A stretch of 44,263 nucleotides of DNA. It comes from Chiloscyllium plagiosum. Lineage: Eukaryota. The DNA lies in the NCBI RefSeq assembly GCF_004010195.1, contig NC_057758.1, positions 6,944,311 through 6,988,573 of the forward strand, written 5' to 3'. The number at the start of each line of letters is the position of its first letter. The stretch's first letter is position 1. The position numbers and the translations under genes are program-made. Shown here piece by piece: positions 31,672-44,263 of this stretch. The notes beneath the pieces were generated by a model, which saw only the letters and a program-made list of their open reading frames with translations, had not been told where the DNA came from and did no database searches.

Positions 31672-34600
31672 GAACTATAGCCTGCTCTACACAATGTTCC
31701 ATGGTGAATATGCATGTCCGCTGTGCTGATGGTGTTTGGGCTGATTTTGTGAGCTGGATCAAGAATGTGATATAACTAACCACGTCAGCTGAACTTGCAA
31801 TGCATTTTGTTCTAATTCTTGTGAGTGGACCCTCCGTCTCTCACGATTTTAATGTTGTTGTGTGACCATGCACCGTGTATCATGTTGGTGACTACCCACA
31901 GGCTCTTCATTCAGAAGCAGTCAGCCATTCCCATCATCTTAGGGTCTCCACGTCGAAGACACGATGGCATCTTGGCAAAACAAAAACACCCTCCCCTCCC
32001 GGTAGCCAACCAACCACATCAAAATATCCCACGTATACTGAAACCAATGGGGCCACTGGAAGCATCAGTGAAAAGACAATCAGGGAGATGAAGCAAGAAT
32101 TCTAATGTCTGATTGGGTCAGAGTGAACGTTACAGTACTCAGTGCTTCATTAAGTCTTGTTACCTCTCTCCATTTATGTAATATATGGCCCTTTAATCTT
32201 CCTGGGGAAAAAAGCACAGGTTCATATTGACTCGCACTACATTCTATCTACCAAGTTGTTGTTTATCGCTTATCCATTTACAGATTCTTGAATTCGTCTC
32301 GATAATTTCAGTTCCTGACTATCTCAGTGTCATTTTATCTTTAGTTCGAACATTTTTTTTTCCATTTATGCAAACTGTTGATATTAGTTGCAAATATTTG
32401 AGCCGCAGCACTGTTCATTGTGAAAATGACATATACTAATTAATCCCATATTTATCTATGCTTCCGGCAAGGTAACCCATCCTCCCCATGTTCCTGTGTC
32501 GCAGCCTTGATAGGCTGCGTATTCCCTTCCATTCCTTATGTCACAAATATGAGAGATTAAAATATCTGATCCAATTGCTGAGTAACTGGCTCGACCGGCT
32601 GAATGACCTCATCCTTCTCCTGTTCAAAACTCATGATGGGATGAATATCCTGCTTCAGTATAGTGTCGTTGTGAATGATGCTGAACTCTTTGGAATCAAC
32701 AGTGATTTGTCCACTTTTGACTTTATGATGGAGGGAAGGCCAGAGATGCTGCAACTGCCGATAGCCCACAGTGCTTCACGGATGCCCAGTTTCCATTTGC
32801 TCGGTCATTTAGACCTATGTCCTACTTCGCAGGCGATAGAGCCAGAGCTCTGATTGGTTTCCAACATGGAGGGAACTGATTTATCACAGAGGAGAGGTAT
32901 GGGTGGTAGTAGATATCCATCATCAGGTGATTTTCTTGACCATCTGTGATCTGTTACCACGAGATTTCCCGGGTTCTAGAAGCAATTTTGGGGTATACCA
33001 GGGTAACTGCTTTCCTGATTGTACCCCACGGGTTCCCCACCACTGGTGGATCTGTCCTGCCACTGGGACAGGATATACACTGGGATGGTGATGGGGCTCC
33101 ATGAAACATTGCCCACCACGTCTGATTTTGTGAGTAGAATGGTGTCAGACTGTTCCCTGTTCGTGTCAATATGAGGAACAAAAGTGACAATGGAGCAAGG
33201 AATAATTGTTCTTTTAAAAATAAACACTGAATTAAAGAGAGTCAATCTGAATGTGTTTTATATTCTTAAAAGCGATTGAGAAATGGATATGATTGAATGG
33301 CGTTGGAGAGACATTGGGACACAGTGACCAACATTTTGAACTGAACATTTTGAGCAGAATTAGTATTTCGAAATGTTATACAACACTGAAGATGAGGTAA
33401 GGGTAGATCAAATGCAAGAGGAAATACAGTAAATGGCAGGACTCTGAATTGCATTGATATCCAGACGGATCTTGTGGTGCACGGCCACACCTCCCTGAAA
33501 GTGGCAACGCAAGTGAACAAGGTGATAAAGACCGCCTATATCATGCTGTCTTTCATCAGTCAGGGCTTTGAGTTCGCATGTTACAGCTGTATAAAACTTT
33601 AACTTGGCCATCTTTGGATTACTGCACGCAGTTCTGATCGTCGTACTGTAGGGAGGTTGTGCGGGCTTTGGACAGAAGGCAAGAAATGTTCACCAAGATA
33701 TTGTCTGAATGAGTGTGCATTAGCTAAAAGGAAAGTCGGCAAATGGTCTCTCCACCCCGGAGGGTCCTTGCCTCATTCCTGATGAAGGTTTTTTGCCTGA
33801 AACATTGATGTTCCTGCGCTTCGGGTGATGCTTGACATGCTGTGAATTTCCAGCAATCACTCAAATGTGGATTCTGATCTCCAGTATCTGCACTCCTCAC
33901 GTTCACCTGCACAAACTTGCAGTGTATTCACGACAGCTTCGAATGTTGAGGGACAAATTGATAGAAGCACATAAAATTATGAGAGGAAATGATAGGGTAG
34001 TTAGCCATTCTTTAATTCACGTGGATGTGTCAAATAATAGGGAAGGAAGAATTAAGGTGAGAAGATAAAGTCGAAAGGAGATGACGAGAATTTCTTTTAA
34101 AAAAAGAAAGTGGTCGGTGCCTGGACCCTAAAACCAGGGAAGGTGGGAAAATCAGATATGATCGCATTTGGATAGACATGTGAAAAGGCAGGGGATTAAG
34201 GGGTACGGAAAATGTGCAGGCAGGTGGGATTAGTTTGGAATGGCAGCACGACCGACACAAATGCGGTGGGACAAAGGGGCTGATCATTCTGTGTTCTGTC
34301 AACAAACGGACATTTCATTGGGGTGTGTGTTACAGACTGGAAAGTAACTGAGAGGCATAAAGGAGACTGATAAAATAACGGATACTCAAGAGTGAGTTAC
34401 AAGTTGGAATGTGACTGAGCGCTGCATATTTGACAGGTGGCCCACGACCGTACAGTATTTTTGTTCCAGATACACAGTCTGACCATTCTATCCATGTGGC
34501 TGGCAGACAGAAATTGTTTTTGACGGTGCACCCCTGATGTTCGGGCCTTTTCTGAACGGTGCAGTGTTCTCCTACCCCTGCCCCAACCCCGGTGTCTTCC

Positions 34601-35948
34601 CTTTGCGCTGACCATTCCAATGGGGGTGACCAGGAATGTGTTTCTCTACACTCCACGTACAATCAGGAAGATCTTGGTCTGACGATGGGCGGGTTTTTTA
34701 GGATATTCTGACATCACAATGCAATCTGGAAACAGAGGAAAGAGTGATTTCCCATCCAATCATAAACAGGGAAGGCCAGAGAATGTGTGTGTGTGTGTGA
34801 GTGAGAGAGAGAGAGAGAATGTTAGAGTTTGAGGGTATGTCCATGCTCGCGTGTGCATGGCCGGCTATAGTCGCACAACAGTCTATGCAAAAGTATATAT
34901 GCACAAATGGCGTGTGATAGTTCCCATGGGAATCAGATGGTATTTAAGAGGCCCTTTCATCCAACAAGTTTGTATCAGCAAAACAATGCTGCGCCGAGGC
35001 AGGGCCAGGCGGTTGGCGGGGTGGGGGTTGTGGGGAGGGCTTGTTGCAGAGCTTGCCAGTGTGGATTGGAGAATGCAAAACCAAAGGGTGGATGGTTGTG
35101 AGATAGAGAAGAGCAAGAGAAGACTAGGGGGACTCAGCACTAGACCGACTGGGGAGCGGAGTACAATGTGAGGGAAACAGGGTTTGTGGGAGACGGTGTG
35201 TGAATGGGGGTAGCAGGGAGGGACAGAGATGGCAGGGGAGGGCGGGTAGAGGTCGAGAGCGATTGGGGAAAGGGCAGAGGGCGAGAGCAACTGCGGGGTT
35301 TGTGGCTGTGGCAGGAGGGAAGAATGTGACAGCAATGGGGGTGAAACAGCATAGCAGAGAGGGACAGCAGGGAAGGGCAGGCAGAGGTCGAGAGCAACCG
35401 GGGGAGGTGTGGCAGTAAGAAAGTGAGAGTGACGTGTGTGAGACTGATCGAGTGCCCGAGAAATGGCAGCGGATGATCAGAGCGTAAGAGGGTCACAGCG
35501 CAAGGAGATGTGACAGAGCGTGACAGCAATGGGGGGAGAAAAGAAGGCGGAAGTGAGAGCGAAGGGTGTGCGGGGGCAAAAGAGAGAGAGAGAGAGGGAG
35601 AAGTGGCAGGATGTGGTCAGAGCACGAGGAGAGAGGGAGAAAAGGGGAGAAGAAAGGAAATGAGATCATCATGGATCAGAGATTTCATTTTGGTAAATGA
35701 TACAGGGCTATGGGGAGAGAGAGGAGCAAGCAGATTAGTTTGGGGATTGATACAGGAGTGTGGGAAGAGGGAAGGGCAGTGCAATTCGTTTACCGATTGA
35801 TACAGGGATGTAAAATGAAGGGGACAAAGGCACTCACCACTCTCATTGATATTTCGTAGATTTCACGTCGACAACGGACCATAATTCTCGGGGAATAGTC
35901 GAGCAACCGTCGGGGAACCATGTTATAAACTCTCACAGGCACCATGCC

Positions 35949-36287
35949 TTCATTAAACTCCTTTACCCTGGTCTTAAAAGGGCACGTTCATGGGATGGGT
36001 AGGTAGACGGGTGATGAAGATGGGGAATGGTGGGGAAGTGGTGTCAATAGGCAATGGTAAGTGAGCTGACGATTAGGGAGACTTGAAGTGTCTTTTCAAT
36101 CTTTGTGTTTTTCTTTCTTCATTAAAGTACTTTACCCTCGTCTTAACAGGGCACATTCATGGGATGAGTAGGTAGACGGGTGATGAAGATGGGGAATGGT
36201 GGGGGACGTGGTGTCAATAGGCAATGGTAAGTGAGCTGACGAATAGGGAGACTTGAAGTGTCTTTTCAATCTTTGTGTTTTTCTTTC
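35949..36287 (+). repeat. Local tandem duplication, ~170-bp unit x2
   Basis: 35949-36117 and 36118-36287 both run ttcattaaa..tttaccct...gtaagtgagc...tgtgtttttctttc; single copy in the left arm. Confidence 0.92.
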
Positions 36288-37664
36288 ATAAACTGCAGAT
36301 CCTCTTTGTATATCGGTGATTGGGGTACAGCGACGTCAGACGAACAGGAGCTCAATGACTGGTTCCTGGTGAAGGCAATCGGTGGGAACAAGTGACCAGT
36401 TTTCAACAGGGTCGGCTCTCCATTTGATAACAATGTCGCGATTCATTGTGAAGACACCGAGGATAGTCTGGGCTGTGACCAGGGCGTGGAGAAGCTTCAT
36501 GAGACCCCAGAGAGGAATAAATGTGGGTGTAACTGAAGATCGGATGGGCAGTATGTGTCAGCCATTAAAAGTGTAGCAGGTCGGGCTGTGCCAGAGTGCT
36601 GGGGTCTGGGTTAGAAACACCAGTTGGTGCCCAAATGGAGCAGAATGTGGCTACAAAGCTAGAGACGGTGAGGGGAGTTGGAACAGAGAGGATAAAGCGT
36701 TGGAGAACTGGAAAGGAAGTGGTGGGACCATGGGAGGCTGTAGTGGGAAGGAAGGCAGAGCAGAGCATCGGGAACTTAACCATCCACTGTAAATGGGGAC
36801 AGTGAGTATGTTGGTGCCATCGAGGATCTTGCGATGTTTGATCCAGGGCCAGCAGACATGGATAAGGCATTTGATCCCTTCATCAGGAATGTCAGGCAGT
36901 GATTATGCCCAAAATGCCCATTGTCCTGCTACTCGGATGCTATCTGATGTACTGTGCTTTCTTAGTGGCAAACGTTCCGGCTCGGATCTCCAGCATCTGC
37001 AGTCCTCACTTTCTACTTCATCAGATGCTCCGATAGGTGTGCGATCGATTTTGAGTTTGGTAAGGCAACCCAAGGCAGGTCTTCTACAATTAATGGCAGG
37101 ACCCTGGAGACGAGGGTGAAGAAGACGTTAGGAATGGTTGGCTTCATTGGTCAGAATATAGAATCTAGGAGTTGTGATGTCATTGTCCGGCTGTACATGA
37201 CATTAGTGAGACCACAATTAGAATACTGCATTCAATTCTAGTCTCCCAGGCAGAGGAGAAATTTTGCTAAATGCAGAAAAGATTGAAGGATGTTGAGTTG
37301 GGATTTCAGCCACAGGGAGAGGAACAATATGCTGGAGCAATTTTCCCAGGAATGTTGGATGCTGAGAGGTGATCCAGTCAGTATGACGGAGCATTCATTT
37401 AGTTAGTCAGTCGCCTGTGCATCCATTCGGTCAGTCAGCCAGTCAGTCAGTGAGTTAAATCAGTCAGTCAGTCAGTGCCTCCATTCTGTCAGTCAGTGAG
37501 AACAATCATTCAGTGAGTCAGTGCGTTCTTTCCGTCAGTCAATCAGTGCGCCCATTCAGTCAGTCAAAGTGTGGGAGGAAGTAAAAGCGATGTGACTTGT
37601 TTAAACCAAAAGAGACAGGGGTCGAGACTTTGAACAATTAACAAATTTTACCATGACCAGAGGG

Positions 37665-38255
37665 AGTTACATCTTCCTTCATAAAGTCCGGCACAATTCG
37701 ACAGAAATACAAAATGGTACAGGCTGCATAGATAATCAATGCTCGCTGCCCATAAATTGTGCACCTGCGGGGCAGTCATGAAGTTCCCATACATTTTCCA
37801 GACCAATATTTCTTAATATCTACGAAACTGAATGTTATATTTTATTCCAGGTTTAGCAAGGCTAGAATTCCCAATAAGGGACAGAGAGAAACCATTCATC
37901 ATTTTCTGGGACAGAGCTAACGACACTGAGGAGCCGAGACATCTTGAAGCTGCAAGGTGAGTATTATCAGAGTGGGATTGTTCTCCCACTTCATTAAAAG
38001 GCTCGAAACCCTACTGCAAACTTTGCTTTGTGACCAAATGTCTTCTCACTGTTTTGTGTCCATTTTGGCCAATTCTTCTTCAGTCCTTACTTTTTTTTTA
38101 AAGAAAGGAACGGTTTGGGAACCAGGGGGATTGTCAGGGAGTGGTAGTTGGAGATCGGACAGATCATCCTCGGGATTGGTAAGAAAAGGGGCAGAAGGGT
38201 CCAGGTAATGGGAATCGCCATTTGGGGTTTCATCAGGAAGAGAAAACCTAGGCAT
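37665..38255 (-). pseudogene. ERV post-env reading frame (unit D)
   Basis: ORF 38046-38354 runs from the TM anchor into MPRFSLPDETPNGDSHYLDPSAPFL...FFKKKVRTEEELAKMDTKQ*. Confidence 0.45.
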
Positions 38256-38299
38256 CTGTGGAATCACTGAGGACCAGAGCCAAAACAAGGAATTGAATC

Positions 38300-39500
38300 T
38301 TACACTGGCCAGTTGGACACAGGCAATAATCATAGTTAGGATAGCAATGGCCATGATGAGGACTATGAGGCCTTGTATAATGACACTTCATCATACCCGA
38401 ACCATCGGTCCAGCCAGCTCCACAAATCCCACTAGGAAATGTTCTCGTGGAGCTCTGTGACTACTTTACAGATGTGGTTAGCAACATTGGTGATGTTCTC
38501 AGTGGCATAGGGAATGTAGGTGCAACAGGTAGAGCCTATCAGGGCACCTGTGCTCCGTTTCTCAGCTCACAAATAATCCAGGGCCAGCCTGTTCTGCAGG
38601 GCCATAGTGGGAATGGCGATCATTTCTGCATTTATCTCAGCAAGGGTTGTGGCAGTGTTGTTTGCCACTGCTTCGAGAAATGCGGCCAGGCGCCTTACTT
38701 CAATATGTAATCGAGCAGTTGCAAAAGGGAACAGAAAAATCTGAAAAACTGTTTTGAAATGGCAATGGATCTGTTGCAGCGAGCCCGAGGCTGTTCAAAT
38801 GGGGAGGAGTGGAATTCATAGAGGAAAGGAATCACATATCCCAAATAGCAGTGTCAGTTTAGAAAAAGGTGAAGGCTGTGCTCAGCTGCACAGTCCCAGT
38901 CGGAGTGGCCGTGAACACTTTTCTTGGGAATCTGGGTGATCGGAAGGATGTTTTCCAGGCCAAGAGAAATTATGTGCAGAGAGGAGGAGCATGTGCTGGA
39001 TCTCACCTCCCAATCCCTATGAAGGCTGCTTTTGAAGCACGTCATACCCTGCGCACTACACCTTGGATTGTGGTTTTGGTAAGGAACAGGGCAGCGGGTA
39101 TGCGCGAAATATTACATGCAACCTCTAAACAAACCTGACTGTCTGCAGACAATACCCTGCTGACTCCCAGATATACCTTATTGTTTTGTTGTGGTGAGGG
39201 GCATAGGGAATCTGGACCATCACACCAGCAGGCTGGGTCTGATATAACCACCATTCAACCGTCTCAGAGATATGAAGTGTGACGGCCAATGGGGAATGTC
39301 TCCTATACAGTAGACAGGAATATGAATACACATCTAGCATCGGGAGTAGTTGACATTCTGTGCATAAATAGAAGTATTAAACTGTAATTCTGTTAACTGG
39401 AGGTTTTCAGGTTATCCATTGTGTCCCAACCAAACTTAGTCAGTGAAAGAAAGATAAGAAAGAGTGTCGTGAAAGGAAGGATGATCAGGCTGAGACATTT
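38300..39500 (-). pseudogene. env: ERV env pseudogene (unit D)
   Basis: Reverse complement of the unit C env; LQNRLALDYL*; CWMC mutated to C*MC. Confidence 0.9.
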
Positions 39501-40550
39501 GCAGACGGATGCTGCACAAGTGTCTCTGACGGGGACTCCTGGTTTTCCTCCAGTGGATGGAGCGCTTTTGCATTGCTTCGCGTGTATCTATTTGGGTCTC
39601 CCCTTGACCTTGACCGCTGTGCAGGTGACCAGCAGCACCAGGGACGGATCTTCCATTTGCACTTCCTAATTTTGAAGCTTGGTGTACCTGTGATTGTAAA
39701 CTTTGATGAGTTTTGGGGAACTAATGGAAATATTTCCGACGTGTCCACCACCACTATATTGGCAGCAGTATCAGCTATTGGGATGGTCTTCATGCCTCTA
39801 CAAAAAAAGTACAATTATTAGACAATATTCAGAACTATGCATGCGAAATGATTCTATAAAAGCAAGCTGTAGACAAGTAAAAGATAAGGCCCACCAGGCA
39901 AGAAAGTCGCTAACAAACTCAAGTCAACCTTTTTCACAGCATGTCTTGTTTATTTACAAGTTACAGCTTTTCTCTTTTCTTCGCTGCATTCTGAAAATCT
40001 AGGTACCACTAAGTTTTTAATAGAACAATAACCATTCCCTCCTTGCCCAAGTGTATAGGATTATGCACATAATCAATAAAAATTGGCAACAGCAAAGAAG
40101 GAACACCAACTTGTTCAGTGCGGGTCACTCAAATGTTGCTTTGATTATCGAGGGATTACCCTATTTGAGGCCAGAGTTTATGCTCTTCAGCCAGGGGCAT
40201 CTCAGTAATTCTGTACCTTGCCCAGGTCTGTCATACCTGTCCGCATATTGTCTCTACCCGGGGTTTGCTGGCGACCCAATGGGACCAAACGTTTGGGATG
40301 TAAGTCTGCCTGCTTGGCAGCAACATCTGACTGCTCGTTCCTTCGGAGACTGTACCAATTGCCTGAGCGACAGCCGAACATCTTGATAACTGCCAGATTG
40401 ATTAGACAAAGCATCATTGCGAATAGGCTGCCCGTGGAGGTTAAAAATCTTCAATGTTCCCATAAGGCTCTGTAATGGTGGATCGCATCAAAAGGACAAC
40501 GAGAGTCAGTGAGGACTTACATGTTTTCCTTTTGATCGGATGCAAGCATA
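39490..40550 (-). pseudogene. pol: ERV pol remnant, RNase H and integrase ends (unit D)
   Basis: LAVIKMFG..RNEQSDVAAKQA; colinear with units B and C. Confidence 0.88.
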
Positions 40551-43500
40551 TTCTCAGGAGAACGTAGCACAACACCCAAGTTTCTGGTATTGAGACTGGC
40601 TCTAATGCAACGAGGGGTAAGTCGGCTTCCAAGAGATCAATTGTGTTAGGGGATTCTGTAGTCAGAGGAACAGACAGGCGTTTCTATGGCCAGCAGAGCA
40701 AAAGCAAAATGGTGTGTTGTTTTCCTGTTGCCAGGATCAAGGATGTCTCAGAGAGGGTGCTAAATGTTCTCACGGGGGAGAGGGGCCAGCAGGAGGTCAT
40801 TGTCCACATTCTAACCAACGACATTGGAAGGGAAAAGGTTGAGACTCTGAAGGAAGATTACAGAGAGTTAGGTAGAAATTTAAAAAGGAGGTATTCAAGG
40901 ATAGTAATATCTGGATTACTCCCAGTGCTACGAGCTAGTGAGGCCAGGAATAGGAGGATAGAGCAGATGAATGCATGGCTGAAGAGCTGGTATGTGGGAG
41001 AAGGATTCACATCTTTGGATCATTGGAATCTCTTTTGGGGTAGAAGTGACATGTACAAAAAGGACGGATGCACCTAAATTGGAAGGGGACTAATAAACTG
41101 GCAGGGAAATTTGCGAGTATTGATTGGAAGGGTTTAAACTAGTAAGGTGGGGGGAGGGTGGGACCCAGGGAGATAGTGAGGAAAGAGATCGACCTGAGAC
41201 TGGTACAGCTGAGAACAGACTTGAGTCAAACAGTCAAGGCAGGCAGGGACAAGGAAGGACTAATAAATTAAACTGCATTTATTTCAATGCAAGGGGCCTA
41301 ACAGAGAAGGCAGATGAACTCAGGGCATGGTTAGCAACATGGGACTGAGATATCCTAGCAATTGCAGAAACATTGCTCATGGATGGGCAGAGCTGGCAGC
41401 TGAATGTTCCAGGATACAAATGCTACAGGAAGGATAGAAAGGGAGGCAAAAGTGGAGGGGGAGTAGCGTTTTTGATACGGATAGCACGACAGCTTGCTAA
41501 GGCAGGATATTCCTGGAAATACATCGAGGGAAGTTATTTGAGTGGAACTGAGAAATAAGAAATGGATGATCACCTTATTGGGTTTGTATTATAGTCACCC
41601 CAATAGTCAGAGGGAAATTGCGAAACAAACTTCTAAGGAGATCTCAGCTATCTGTAAAAATAATATGGTGGTTATAGTAGGGGATTTTAGCTTTCCAAGC
41701 ATCGACTGGGTCTGCCATAGTGCTAAAGATTTAGATGGAGAGGAATTTCTTAAGTGTGTACAAGAAAATTTTCTGCTTCAGTATGTGGATGTACCGACTG
41801 GAGAAAGTGCAAAACCTGACTCTTGGGAAATAAGGCAGGGCAGGTGACTGAGGTGTCAGTGGGGGAGCACTTTGGGGCCAGCGACCATAATTCTATTCAT
41901 TTTAAAATAGTGATGGAAAAGGATAGACCAGATCTAAAAGTTGAAGTTAGAAATTGGAGAAAGGCCAATTTTGACGGTATTAGGCAAGAACATTCAAAAG
42001 CTGATTGGAGGCAGTTGTTCGCAGGTAAAGGGACGGCTGGAAAATGAGAAGCCTTCAGAAATGNNNNNNNNNNNNNNNNNNNNNNNNNNNNNNNNNNNNN
42101 NNNNNNNNNNNNNNNNNNNNNNNNNNNNNNNNNNNNNNNNNNNNNNNNNNNNNNNNNNNNNNNNNNNNNNNNNNNNNNNNNNNNNNNNNNNNNNNNNNNN
42201 NNNNNNNNNNNNNNNNNNNNNNNNNNNNNNNNNNNNNNNNNNNNNNNNNNNNNNNNNNNNNNNNNNNNNNNNNNNNNNNNNNNNNNNNNNNNNNNNNNNN
42301 NNNNNNNNNNNNNNNNNNNNNNNNNNNNNNNNNNNNNNNNNNNNNNNNNNNNNNNNNNNNNNNNNNNNNNNNNNNNNNNNNNNNNNNNNNNNNNNNCTGA
42401 TCAGGTGTACCCGAGGACTCTGTGGGAAGCCAGAGAAGTGATTGCTGGGCCTCTTGTTGAGATATTTGTATCATCGATGAAGTGCTGGAAGACTGGAGGT
42501 GGCAAACGTGGTGCCACTGTTTAGGAAGGGTGGTAAGGACAATCCAGGGAACTATAAACCAGTGGGACTGACCTCGGTGGTGGGTAAGTTGTGGGAGGGA
42601 ATCTTGACGGACAGGATGCACATGTATTTGGAAAGGCATGGACTGAATCGGGATAATCAACATGGCTTTGTGCGTGGGAAATCATGTCTAACAAACGATT
42701 GAGTTTTTTTTAATGAAGTAACAAAGAAGATTGATGAGGGCAGAGCATTAGATGTGATCTATATGGACTTCAGTGAGGCGTTCGACAAGTTTCCCCATGG
42801 GAGACTGATTAGCAAGGTTAGATCTCATGGAATACAGGGAGAACTAGCCATTTGGATACACAACTGGCTCAAAGGTAGAAGACAGAGGGTCGTGATGGAG
42901 GGATGTTTTTCAGACTGGAGGCCTGTGTCCAGTGGAGTGCCACAAGGACCTTTGCTGGACCTTCTACTTGTTGTCATTTCCATAAATGATTTGGATGTGA
43001 GCATAAGAGGTACAGTTAGTAAGTTTGCAGATGACACCAAAATTGTGGGTGTAGTGGACAGCGAAGTGGGTTACCTCAGATTACAACATGATCTGGACCA
43101 GATGGGCAATGGGCTGAGAAGTGGCAGATGGAGTTTAATTAAGATAAAAGTGAGGTGCTACATTTTGGGAAAGTAAATCTTAGCATGACTTATACACTTA
43201 ATGGTAATGTCCTAGGGAGTGTTGCTGAACAAACGAACCTTGGAGTGCAGGTTCATAGCTCCTTGAAAGTGGAGTCGAGGGTAGATAGGATAGTGAAGAA
43301 GGCGTTTGGTATGCTTTCCTTTATTGGTCAGAGTATTGAGGAGAGGAATTGGGAGGTCATGTTGCGGCTGCACAGGATATTGGTTCAGCCACTGTTGGAA
43401 TATTGTCTGAAATTCTGGTGTCCATCCCATCGGAAAGATGTTGTGAAACTTGAAAGGGTTTAGACAAGATGTACAAGGATGTAGCCAGGATTGGAGGATT

Positions 43501-43898
43501 TGAGCTACAGGGAGAGGCTGGAGTGTCGGAGGCTGAGCAGTGACCTTCTAGAGGTTTACAAAATTATGAGGGGCATGGATAGGATAAATAGGCAAAGTCT
43601 TTTCCCTGGTGTTGGGGTGTCCAGAACTGGAGGGCATAGGTTTAGGGTGAGAGGGAAAGATATAAAAGAGACCTAAGGGGCAACGTTTTCACGCAGAAGG
43701 TGGTACGTGTATGGAATGAGCTGTCAGAGGATGTGGTGGAGGCTGGTACAATTGCAACATTTAAGAGCCATTTGGATGGGTATATGAATAGGAAGGTTTT
43801 TGAGGGATATGGGCCGGGTGCTGGCAGGTGTGCCGAGATTGGGTTGGGATATCTGGTCGGCATGGACGGGTTGGACCGAAGGGTACAACTCTATGACT
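40551..43898 (+). mobile_element. 5'-truncated decayed CR1 LINE (unit D; most complete copy: ORF1 esterase, endonuclease, RT, 3' tail)
   Basis: LGDSVVRGTDRR, CIYFNARGL, GGGVAFLI, VGDF, SDHN, IYMDFSEAFD, GVPQG, KFADDTK, LEYCLKFW; ends actctatgact. Contains a 333-N gap at 42064-42396. Confidence 0.96.
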
Positions 43899-44263
43899 TT
43901 ATTACCCCTGTGTTAGATCCAAGTTAGCAAGAAGGACGCATCACTCCCCAATGGCCACATTTCCACAGTTAAAGCAAGGGCCAGCCTTTTGTACTTCGGG
44001 ATTTCGTGGTCATCTTCCTCGTCCAAAAGGTGTAGTACAAGGGCCTGTCTGTCCCCACATCCAGGTTCCAATCAGGAGAGGGTTGTTCAGCAGTGGTCGC
44101 TGGGTGGGCATTTCAGGTAGGTATCCTGTCCCAAACAACAATGTCAGGATTGGAACGTGGCATTTGGGATCGCAAAGCTGCTGGATGGAACCAATTTTCC
44201 CTGTAACTTACATCGTGATTCACTCTGGTTCTGGCCATTACAATAGAAATCTACTGCTCACCT
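43899..44263 (-). pseudogene. gag: ERV gag C-terminal remnant (unit D)
   Basis: Reverse complement of ~10520-10875; AGPCFNCGNV(G)HW knuckle remnant. Confidence 0.65.

Larger units (their letters stand above)
31672..44263 (-). repeat. Inverted paralogous arm of at least 12.6 kb
   Basis: Reverse complement is colinear with 29735->24151, 22113->17604 and 13330->10520. Confidence 0.95.

Overview
Eukaryotic, repeat-dense vertebrate DNA. The HE1/V-SINE with a (TCTAA)n tail, CR1 LINEs with (AGAGTCAT)n ends and Penelope-type terminal repeats point to a shark, probably a carpet/bamboo shark (inference). No intact host gene, RNA gene or CRISPR array is visible. The window is an amplicon of four diverged copies of one composite unit: A ~1-5671, B ~6172-17610, C 17604-22113 (all +) and D ~36460-44263 (inverted). 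The unit holds a decayed class I (gamma/epsilon-like) endogenous retrovirus: gag with a degenerate zinc knuckle, RNase H, integrase ends, env with CWxC/ISD/TM, and an unrecognised reading frame 3' of env. A CR1 LINE interrupts it. Between C and D lies a block (24151-31171, mirrored at 31672-36580) of splice-site-flanked, stop-interrupted exon-like segments that appear to be three divergent paralogues of a gene family I cannot name. A young CR1 with an intact 308-aa ORF1 is inserted at 24150. The mirror axis falls on a 500-N gap, so the palindrome orientation needs verification. All alignments were done by eye and boundaries are approximate.
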